Shown one piece after another: positions 6,472 through 12,463 of a stretch of 12,463 nt of DNA; the first letter of the stretch is position 1, and each line of letters opens with the position of its first letter. The position numbers and the translations under genes were made by a program. The notes beneath the pieces are model-generated. The model saw only the letters and a program-made list of their open reading frames with translations. It ran no database searches and was not told where the DNA came from. This DNA comes from a virus. Lineage: Duplodnaviria > Heunggongvirae > Uroviricota > Caudoviricetes. The DNA lies in IMG/VR virus record IMGVR_UViG_2531839234_000008; one strand, written 5' to 3'.

Positions 6472-8443
6472 TTCCTGGTTCAGGATGCAGGCTGGTCACC
6501 AGAGTGACGCGGATATTTATATTTATGACGAGATTGGTTTCTGGGGTGTTACAGCGAAGCAGTTTATCAGTGATCTGAATGCACTGGGCGATATCACCCA
6601 CATTAATCTCAATATCAATTCACCGGGTGGCGATGTCTTTGAAGGCATCGCCATTTTTAATGCACTGAAAACACATGGTGCGTCCATTACCGTTTATGTC
6701 GACGGTGTGGCGGCGTCAATGGCGTCGGTCATTGCGATGGTGGGAAAACCGGTCATTATGCCGGAAAACTCCTTCATGATGATTCATAAACCATTTGGCT
6801 TTACGGGCGGTGATGCGGAGGACATGCGCACCTATGCCGACCTGCTCGATAAAGTTGAGGCGGTTCTGTTACCCGCTTATGCACAGAAAACCGGGAAAAC
6901 CACCGATGAAATTGCTGCCATGCTGGCGGATGAGACCTGGATGTCCGGTGCCGAATGTCTGGCACATGGATTTGCTGATCAGGTGACGCCAGCCGTTAAG
7001 GCAATGGCATGTATTCAGTCAAAACGTACAGAGGAATTTAAAAAGATGCCGGAATCCATTCGAAACATGATTACTCCGCCACGCAACAGTGCTCCACGCG
7101 TACAGGATGATGGACCTGCAGCCTCCCGGACGCCAGTGCAGGCAGCAGCACCTGTGGTGGATGAAAACAGTATCCGTGCGCAGGTACTGGCAGAGCAAAA
7201 AGCGCGTGTAAACGGTATTAATGATCTGTTTGCCATGTTTGGCGGGCGTTATCAGACGCTGCAGGCTCAGTGTCTTGCCGATCCTGAATGTTCGCTGGAG
7301 CAGGCCCGCGAAAAGCTGTTGAACGAGATGGGGCGCGAGTCCACGCCATCTAATAAAAATACCCCGGCTCATATTTATGCCGGAAACGGTAATTTTGTGG
7401 GGGATGGGATCCGCCAGGCGCTGATGGCGCGTGCCGGATTTGAAAAAACCGAACGTGATAATGTCTACAACGGGATGACCCTGCGTGAATATGCCCGTAT
7501 GTCACTGACTGAACGGGGTATTGGGGTTTCCAGTTATAACCCGATGCAGATGGTCGGTGCGGCGTTCACACACAGTACGTCTGACTTCGGTAATATTCTG
7601 CTGGATGTTGCGAACAAAGCCATTCTGCAGGGCTGGGAAGATGCCCCTGAAACCTATGAACAGTGGACGCGGAAAGGTCAGTTGTCTGATTTTAAAATTG
7701 CCCATCGTGTGGGTATGGGGGGCTTCAGTGCTCTGCGTCAGGTGCGTGAAGGGGCGGAATATAAATACGTCACCACCGGAGATAAACAGGCCACTATTGC
7801 ACTGGCTACCTATGGCGAGCTGTTCAGTATCACCCGTCAGGCCATTATCAATGATGATCTGAATATGCTGACCGATGTCCCGATGAAACTGGGCCGTGCG
7901 GCGAAATCCACTATTGCCGATCTGGTTTATGCCATTCTGACGTCTAACCCGAAAATCTCCACAGATAATGTAAGTCTGTTCGATAAAGCGAAACATGCAA
8001 ACGTACTGGAGAGCGCTGCAATGGACGTGGCATCGCTGGATAAAGCCCGCCAGTTGATGCGCGTTCAGAAAGAGGGGGAGCGTCATCTGAATATTCGTCC
8101 TGCGTTCGTACTGGTACCGACGGCGATGGAGTCTGTTGCTAACCAGGTCATTCGCTCCTCAAGTGTCAAGGGGGCTGACATTAACGCCGGTATTATTAAC
8201 CCGGTGAAAGATTTTGCGACCGTTATTGCAGAGCCTCGTCTTGATGATAACAGCCAGACCACCTTCTACCTGGCTGCGTCAAAAGGCTCCGATACGATTG
8301 AAGTGGCTTATCTCAACGGTGTGGATACGCCATATATTGATCAGATGGAGGGCTTCAGTGTGGATGGCGTGACAACGAAAGTGCGTATTGACGCCGGTGT
8401 CGCGCCAGTTGATCACCGCGGTCTGGTGAAATGTACGGCGTAA
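6416..8443 (+). CDS. Prohead protease (ClpP/S14-like) fused in one ORF to the presumed scaffold/major capsid region
   Basis: 675 codons from GTG 6416, which has AAGGAGG 5 nt upstream (alternative start ATG 6485). The N-terminal ~200 aa carry ClpP-like motifs: ...NSPGGDVFEGIAIFNALK..., catalytic-Ser context GVAASMASV (Ser codon 6716-6718), His context MMIHKP. The remaining ~470 aa have no recognisable motif. Because no separate capsid gene exists between portal and the head-completion/tail genes, synteny implies the major capsid protein is encoded here. Confidence 0.75.
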   Translation: MPQRNDRSRSTPTTSPKNNSWFRMQAGHQSDADIYIYDEIGFWGVTAKQFISDLNALGDITHINLNINSPGGDVFEGIAIFNALKTHGASITVYVDGVAASMASVIAMVGKPVIMPENSFMMIHKPFGFTGGDAEDMRTYADLLDKVEAVLLPAYAQKTGKTTDEIAAMLADETWMSGAECLAHGFADQVTPAVKAMACIQSKRTEEFKKMPESIRNMITPPRNSAPRVQDDGPAASRTPVQAAAPVVDENSIRAQVLAEQKARVNGINDLFAMFGGRYQTLQAQCLADPECSLEQAREKLLNEMGRESTPSNKNTPAHIYAGNGNFVGDGIRQALMARAGFEKTERDNVYNGMTLREYARMSLTERGIGVSSYNPMQMVGAAFTHSTSDFGNILLDVANKAILQGWEDAPETYEQWTRKGQLSDFKIAHRVGMGGFSALRQVREGAEYKYVTTGDKQATIALATYGELFSITRQAIINDDLNMLTDVPMKLGRAAKSTIADLVYAILTSNPKISTDNVSLFDKAKHANVLESAAMDVASLDKARQLMRVQKEGERHLNIRPAFVLVPTAMESVANQVIRSSSVKGADINAGIINPVKDFATVIAEPRLDDNSQTTFYLAASKGSDTIEVAYLNGVDTPYIDQMEGFSVDGVTTKVRIDAGVAPVDHRGLVKCTA

Positions 8444-8466
8444 ACGTCGCAGACAACAACTCTGAT

Positions 8467-8487
8467 GGCCCGTAAGGGCTTTTTTTG
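8467..8487 (+). terminator. Putative intrinsic terminator after the capsid ORF
   Basis: GGCCC (8467-8471), GTAA tetraloop, GGGCT (8476-8480) giving a 5-bp stem, followed by an 8-T run (8480-8487), 24 nt after the stop at 8443. Confidence 0.5.
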
Positions 8488-8497
8488 TACCTGAAAT

Positions 8498-8516
8498 CAG
8501 CCCCTGAACGGGGCTG
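8498..8516 (+). other. Second GC-rich hairpin just upstream of the next gene's RBS, no U-tract
   Basis: CAGCCCC (8498-8504) pairs with GGGGCTG (8510-8516) as a perfect 7-bp stem with loop TGAAC. It ends 13 nt before ATG 8530. Confidence 0.4.
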
Positions 8517-8529
8517 TGCGGAGACAGTT

Positions 8530-8853
8530 ATGGCAAAGAATTTTGTAGAAGAAGGAAAAACGGTGGCGATTGTTGCCAGTGCAGCCATCAGCAGCGGAGA
8601 TCTGGTGCAGGTGGGCGATGTTTTTGCGGTGGCGCTGACCGATATTCCACAGGGTGAAACAGGCGACGGCATGACCGAAGGTGTGTTTATGCTGCCTAAG
8701 CTGAAAACGGATGACATGAAAACGGGTAAGAAGGTTTATCTGAAGTCAGGAAAAGTTCAGCTGACTAACAGCGGCTCTGATCCGCTGGTCGGGGTTGTCT
8801 GGGCAGATGCCGGAACCAGTGCAGAAGAAGTGCCGGTAAAACTCAATGTCTGA
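8530..8853 (+). CDS. Small head protein, possibly a decoration/cement protein (DUF2190-like as I recall the family)
   Basis: 107-aa product MAKNFVEEGKTVAIVASAAISSGDLVQVGDVFAVALTDIPQGETGDG... Position is directly after the capsid ORF. ATG 8530 is preferred over the ORF-track start 8485 because of the hairpins and a GGAGA about 6 nt upstream. Family assignment is from memory and uncertain. Confidence 0.55.
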   Translation: MAKNFVEEGKTVAIVASAAISSGDLVQVGDVFAVALTDIPQGETGDGMTEGVFMLPKLKTDDMKTGKKVYLKSGKVQLTNSGSDPLVGVVWADAGTSAEEVPVKLNV

Positions 8854-9121
8854 TCCCTTTTCCCGGCTGGCAGCGCGTATGGATGCTATCACGGTCAGAA
8901 AGATGGGAAAGACAGCCTCGATTAATGATGTCGATATGACTGTGATCCCGGGAGAAACACTGGCAGAGCTGAATGCTCTGTCCGGACCTGCGGTCTCTCT
9001 GGTGGTGTTTTCTTCGGGATACCGCCCACGGCGCGGGGATCGCGTTGTTTATGACGGACAACAATGGACGGTCACACGGCATGAACGCTTTAACGGTAAG
9101 CCAATGATCTTTATTGAGTAA
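8846..9121 (+). CDS. Head-tail joining protein (lambda gpFII-like)
   Basis: 91-aa product. The C-terminal block ...RPRRGDRVVYDGQQWTVTRHE... resembles lambda FII ...LRRGDTLTIGEENFWVDRV... Overlaps the upstream stop by 8 nt (translational coupling). Position is before Z. Confidence 0.6.
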   Translation: MSDPFSRLAARMDAITVRKMGKTASINDVDMTVIPGETLAELNALSGPAVSLVVFSSGYRPRRGDRVVYDGQQWTVTRHERFNGKPMIFIE

Positions 9122-9132
9122 AGAGGTGTGGG

Positions 9133-9711
9133 ATGAAGGGGCTTGAGAATGCCATCCGCAATCTGAACAGCCTTGATACCCGTATGGTGCCACAGGCCAG
9201 CGCATGGGCGATAAACCGTGTGGCACAGAAAGCGGGCTCGGTTGCCACCCGGCAGGTTGCCGGGAATACCGTTGCGGGAGATAACCAGGTGAAAGGGATC
9301 CCCCTGAAACTGGTTCGTCAGCGTGTCCGGGTGTTTAAAGCCAGTCCGTCAGGAAAAATGACGGCCAGGATCCGCGTTAACCGGGGCAATCTGCCCGCCA
9401 TTAAGCTGGGGACAGCCCGGGTCAGACTGGCCCAGCGTGGTGGAAAACTGCAGTACCGTGGCAGTGTGCTGAAGGTGGGTAAATATCTTTTCCGGGATGC
9501 GTTTATTCAGCAACTGGCGAATGGTCGCTGGCATGTGATGCGGCGTATTGATGGCAAAAATCGTTACCCCATTGATGTGGTGAAAATCCCGCTGTCCGGA
9601 CCGCTGACACAGGCATTTGAAGATGCCCGCGACCGCATCATTGCTGCGGAAATGCCGAAACAGCTGGGGTATGCACTGAAACAACAACTGAGGTTATGGC
9701 TGACCCGATGA
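9133..9711 (+). CDS. Z: Tail completion protein Z (lambda gpZ-like)
   Basis: 192 aa. Clear similarity to remembered lambda gpZ: KGLE...L, INRVA, ...RIRVNRGNLPAIKLG..., FIQQLANGRWHVMRRIDGKNRYPIDVVKIPL..., LGYALKQQLR. AAGAGGTG RBS before ATG 9133. Confidence 0.88.
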   Translation: MKGLENAIRNLNSLDTRMVPQASAWAINRVAQKAGSVATRQVAGNTVAGDNQVKGIPLKLVRQRVRVFKASPSGKMTARIRVNRGNLPAIKLGTARVRLAQRGGKLQYRGSVLKVGKYLFRDAFIQQLANGRWHVMRRIDGKNRYPIDVVKIPLSGPLTQAFEDARDRIIAAEMPKQLGYALKQQLRLWLTR

Positions 9712-10109
9712 ACCGACATACACAAATCCGCCAGGTCGTACTGGCACGCCTTCGGGAACAGTGTGGAGACAGCGCCACGTTTTTTGACGGGCTTCCGGCA
9801 TTTGTTGATGCGCAGGAACTGCCTGCCGTGGCGGTGTGGCTGAGTGATGCTCAGTACACCGGAAAAATGACGGATGAAGATGACTGGCAGGCTGTTCTGC
9901 ATATTGCTGTCTTCATCCGGGCACAGGCACCGGATTCAGAGCTGGATATGTGGATGGAGAGCACCATTTTCCCGGCCCTGAATGATGTATCGGCACTTTC
10001 CGGACTCATCGACACCCTGATCCCACTCGGTTTTAACTATCAACGTGATAATGAGATGGCCACCTGGGCGATGGCGGAAATCACGTACCAGATCACGTAC
10101 ACGAATTAA
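9708..10109 (+). CDS. U: Tail terminator protein U (lambda gpU-like)
   Basis: Product MNRHTQIRQVVLARL...GDSATFFDGLPAFVDAQELPAVAVWLSDAQYTG...APDSELDMWMES...ITYQITY aligns along its length with remembered lambda gpU (MKHTELRAAVLDAL...GATFFDGRPAVFDEADFPAVAVYLTGAEYTG...VPDSELDAWMES...LTYVITY). ATG 9708 overlaps the Z stop (ATGA). An in-frame ATG at 9696 is the alternative start. Confidence 0.88.
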   Translation: MNRHTQIRQVVLARLREQCGDSATFFDGLPAFVDAQELPAVAVWLSDAQYTGKMTDEDDWQAVLHIAVFIRAQAPDSELDMWMESTIFPALNDVSALSGLIDTLIPLGFNYQRDNEMATWAMAEITYQITYTN

Positions 10110-10119
10110 GGAGGTGGTA

Positions 10120-10863
10120 ATGACCACGCCAAATCCACTGGCAAAGACGAAAGGTGCGGGGACGACGTTCTGGATGTATACCGGCAACGGCGATGCGTTT
10201 GCGAACCCTTTGTCGGACACTGACTGGCTGCGTCTTGCGATGGTGAAGGATCTGCAACCTGGCGAAATGACCGCTGATGCAGAAGATGACACTTATCTCG
10301 ATGATGAAGATGCAGACTGGAAAACGACAACCCAGGGGCAGAAATCCGTTGGTGATACTTCGGCGACGCTGGCCTGGCGTCCGGGTGACAGCGGGCAGAA
10401 AAAACTGGTTCAGTTGTTCGACTCCGGTGAAGTCTGCGCGTTTCGTATCAAATATCCCAACGGCACTGTTGATGTTTTCCGCGGCTGGCTGAGCTCACTG
10501 GGTAAAACCATTGCCTCAAAAGACGTGATGACCCGCACAGTGAAAATCAGCGGTGTGGGGCGTCCATATCTGGCAGAGGAGGGCACTGAAACTGTGGGCG
10601 TTACCGGGCTGACGGTGGCACCGGCATCCGCCAGTGTCAATGTGGGAGCAACCACCACGCTGACCTTTACAGTAAAACCTGACGGAGCCAGTGACAAAGC
10701 GATCAGTGTGCATTCGACAGATCCACAGACAGCCACTGTGACCCTGAACGGACTTGTGGCCACGGTGAAAGGCGTGAAGCAGGGCAGCGTCAGCATTGTG
10801 GGCATGACCGCTGACGGGAATTTTGTGGCTGTGGCTGCGGTGACTGTCAGCGCTGCAGGTTAA
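10120..10863 (+). CDS. V: Major tail protein V (lambda gpV-like) with C-terminal Ig-like (Big_2-type) domain
   Basis: Product MTTPNPLAKTKGAGTTFWMYTGNGDAFANPLSDTDW...YLDDEDADW...NGTVDVFRGWLSSLGK... matches remembered lambda gpV closely. The C-terminal ~90 aa (TGLTVAPASASVNVGATTTLTFTVKPDG...) look like an Ig-like domain, as in lambda gpV. AAGGAGG at 10108-10114 precedes ATG 10120. The ORF-track start 10045 lies upstream inside U. Confidence 0.92.
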   Translation: MTTPNPLAKTKGAGTTFWMYTGNGDAFANPLSDTDWLRLAMVKDLQPGEMTADAEDDTYLDDEDADWKTTTQGQKSVGDTSATLAWRPGDSGQKKLVQLFDSGEVCAFRIKYPNGTVDVFRGWLSSLGKTIASKDVMTRTVKISGVGRPYLAEEGTETVGVTGLTVAPASASVNVGATTTLTFTVKPDGASDKAISVHSTDPQTATVTLNGLVATVKGVKQGSVSIVGMTADGNFVAVAAVTVSAAG

Positions 10864-10883
10864 CAGGACGATACTCATCATTT

Positions 10884-10907
10884 GCCCCGGTTATCCGGGG
10901 CTTTTTT
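10884..10907 (+). terminator. Putative intrinsic terminator between V and G
   Basis: GCCCCGG (10884-10890), loop TTAT, CCGGGGC (10895-10901) giving a perfect 7-bp GC stem, followed by a T6 run (10902-10907). Confidence 0.55.
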
Positions 10908-10923
10908 GCAGGTGGAGAACATG

Positions 10924-11310
10924 ATGTTTCTGAAACAGGGCACGTTTAATTATGAAAAGCAGTCCGTGGTGCTCAGTGAGCTGTCCGGGCTGCAGAGAAT
11001 TGAATATCTGGCGTTTGTTCAGCAGCGAACGGCAAAGTTTGATGCCGAAGAGGGAGAACTGCCGGAGGCTGAACGACAGATTGCTTTTCTGCGGATGGGG
11101 ATGGATATCAATGCCTGGCTGGTTTCCCGCTCACTGTGGAATGCGGAACAGTCTCAGGATGTTGAGACGCTTTGCGCATCCGTTATTACAACATGGTCGT
11201 ATGATGCCCTGGGAGCGGGGGCGGAGATGGTTCTGTCGCTGAGCGGTATGGGAGCCATTGAGAATGCCGGGGATTTGGAGCATGAGGTGCTGACGCCGGA
11301 AAAGTCCTGA
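10924..11310 (+). CDS. G: Tail assembly chaperone G (lambda gpG-like)
   Basis: Product MFLKQGTFNYEKQSVVLSELSGLQRIEYLAFV... matches remembered lambda gpG (MFLKTESFEHNGVTVTLSELSALQRIEHLAL...). GGTGGAG RBS at 10911-10917. ATG 10924 is preferred over ATG 10921 and over the ORF-track start 10882, which lies inside the terminator hairpin. Stop TGA 11308-11310. Confidence 0.82.
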   Translation: MFLKQGTFNYEKQSVVLSELSGLQRIEYLAFVQQRTAKFDAEEGELPEAERQIAFLRMGMDINAWLVSRSLWNAEQSQDVETLCASVITTWSYDALGAGAEMVLSLSGMGAIENAGDLEHEVLTPEKS

Positions 11311-11648
11311 CGCGGGAAATGCAGTTTGTCATGCGGCTTGCCCGGGAGTTCCGGCGGGCAGACTGGCGGCGGATGCTGTCGGAAATGTCGGCCACTGAGC
11401 TTGGTGAGTGGGGCGATTATTTCCGGATGCAGAGCTTCAGTGATGTGTGGATGGATGCGCAGTTTGCCTCGCTGAAGGCATTGATCGTGAGAATGGTGTC
11501 CGGTAGCAGTGATGCTGCGGTGGCTGATTTCAGCCTTTTACCGGAAGAGAACGGGATACCGGAGCGAACGGACGAAGAACTGATGCATCTTGGGGAAGGT
11601 ATTTCCGGAGGTGTGCGTTATGGACCAGATAGCCAACCTGGTCATTGA
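11286..11648 (+). CDS. T: gpT-like frame, expected to be expressed only as a G-T fusion by -1 ribosomal frameshifting
   Basis: The frame that is -1 relative to G is open from 11286 (after an in-frame TGA at 11283-11285) to TGA 11646-11648, overlapping the last 25 nt of G exactly as in the lambda G/T arrangement. It has no good independent RBS (ATG 11319 is downstream of the G stop and lacks a Shine-Dalgarno). Followed by tape measure gene H. Confidence 0.65.
   Translation, partial: GADAGKVLTREMQFVMRLAREFRRADWRRMLSEMSATELGEWGDYFRMQSFSDVWMDAQFASLKALIVRMVSGSSDAAVADFSLLPEENGIPERTDEELMHLGEGISGGVRYGPDSQPGH
11298..11304 (+). promoter_or_regulatory. Candidate -1 frameshift slippery site for G-T fusion (GGAAAAG)
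   Basis: Within the G/T overlap the G-frame codons are G|GAA|AAG (11298-11304), one substitution from the lambda slippery heptamer G|GGA|AAG as I recall it. A-site Lys-tRNA re-pairing from AAG to AAA is perfect; P-site re-pairing from GAA to GGA is imperfect. It is the only slippery-like sequence in the 25-nt overlap. Confidence 0.4.
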
Positions 11649-12463
11649 TTTGGGGATTGATGCGGCAGAGTTTAAAAATGAAATTCCCCGTATCAAAAAC
11701 CTTCTGAATGGTGCAGCCAGCGATGCAGAACGGTCTTCTGCCCGTATGCAGCGTTTTATGGAGCGTCAGACTCAGGCCGCCCGGCAGACAATGCAGGCGG
11801 CTTCTTCGGCTGCAACAGCCGCATCCGTCCATGCGCAGACGGTGGAGAAGAGCGCACAGGCTCATGAACGCATGGCCCGCGAGGTGGAGCAAACCCGCCA
11901 GCGTATGGAGGCACTGAGCCAGAAAATGCGCGAGGAACAGGCGCAGGCCATGGCTCTGGCGGAGGCTCAGGATAAAGCGGCTGCTGCGTTTTATCGTCAG
12001 ATTGACAGTGTGAAACAGGCCGGTGCGGGGCTGCAGGAATTACAGCGTATTCAGCAACAGATCCGACAGGCCAGAAACAGTGGCGGGATTGGTCAGCAGG
12101 ATTATCTGGCGCTGATTTCTGAGGTTACGGCGAAAACCCGTGTTCTTACACAGGCTGAGGAAGAGGCTACCCGACAGAAAGTGGCGTTTATCCGTCAGCT
12201 TAAAGAGCAGGCAACCCGCCAGAATCTTTCTTCTTCTGAGTTGCTTCGTGCTAAGGCTGCCCAGCTGGGGGTAAGCAGTGCTGCAGAAGTGTATATCCGC
12301 AAAATGGAGCAGGCAGGAAAAGCCACGCATTCGCTGGGTCTGAAAAGTGCAGCAGCCCGTCAGGAGATAGGCGTTCTGATAGGTGAACTGGCCCGCGGCA
12401 ATTTAGCGGTTGGCGGATTTTTTCCGTCACCCAGCCCAGCACTTTGGGCATGCAGCCTGGCAG
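11620..12463 (+). CDS. H: Tail tape measure protein H (lambda gpH-like), N-terminal ~281 codons; continues beyond the window
   Basis: ATG 11620 opens a frame with no stop through 12463, checked codon by codon. N-terminus MDQIANLVIDLGIDAAEFKNE... resembles remembered lambda gpH (MAEPVGDLVVDLSLDAARFDE...). The rest is Ala/Gln/Glu/Arg-rich and helical-looking, typical of tape measure proteins. Start overlaps the end of the T frame by 29 nt. Confidence 0.85.
   Translation, partial: MDQIANLVIDLGIDAAEFKNEIPRIKNLLNGAASDAERSSARMQRFMERQTQAARQTMQAASSAATAASVHAQTVEKSAQAHERMAREVEQTRQRMEALSQKMREEQAQAMALAEAQDKAAAAFYRQIDSVKQAGAGLQELQRIQQQIRQARNSGGIGQQDYLALISEVTAKTRVLTQAEEEATRQKVAFIRQLKEQATRQNLSSSELLRAKAAQLGVSSAAEVYIRKMEQAGKATHSLGLKSAAARQEIGVLIGELARGNLAVGGFFPSPSPALWACSLA

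Noticed and set aside
7502-8086. 194-aa ORF on the minus strand
   Set aside because: Antisense to the capsid domain of the protease-capsid ORF; no homology or translation signals recognised; shadow ORF.
1-12463. tRNA genes, CRISPR repeats, IS elements or integrase/att sites
   Set aside because: No regularly spaced direct repeats, no tRNA-like T-arm/D-arm motifs, no terminal inverted repeats and no transposase or integrase ORFs were seen; the window is a contiguous morphogenesis operon.

Overview
This window is the late-gene region of a lambda-like (lambdoid) enterobacterial phage or prophage, with every credible gene on the + strand, and it crosses the DNA packaging site. In order: the 3' end of an endolysin gene; the Rz/Rz1 spanin pair (Rz1 embedded in the +1 frame); a two-gene accessory 'moron' (a KilA-N-like domain protein plus an 85-aa ORF) bracketed by hairpins; about 600 bp of non-coding DNA holding a candidate cosN/cosB packaging site; then small and large terminase, gpW-like protein, portal, a single ORF fusing a ClpP-like prohead protease to the presumed scaffold/major capsid region, a small head protein, FII-like, Z-, U-, V-, G- and T-like tail genes, and the 5' part of the tape measure gene H running off the window. 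I found no rRNA, tRNA, CRISPR array or IS element. Most of the window is a conventional virion-morphogenesis module; I did not find a clearly novel system. The items most worth follow-up are the moron between lysis and cos, the candidate cos site, a frameshift in the portal gene at a T6 run, the protease-capsid fusion ORF, and a non-canonical candidate slippery site at the G/T overlap. All homology statements are from reading the translations against remembered lambda proteins; no database search was run.
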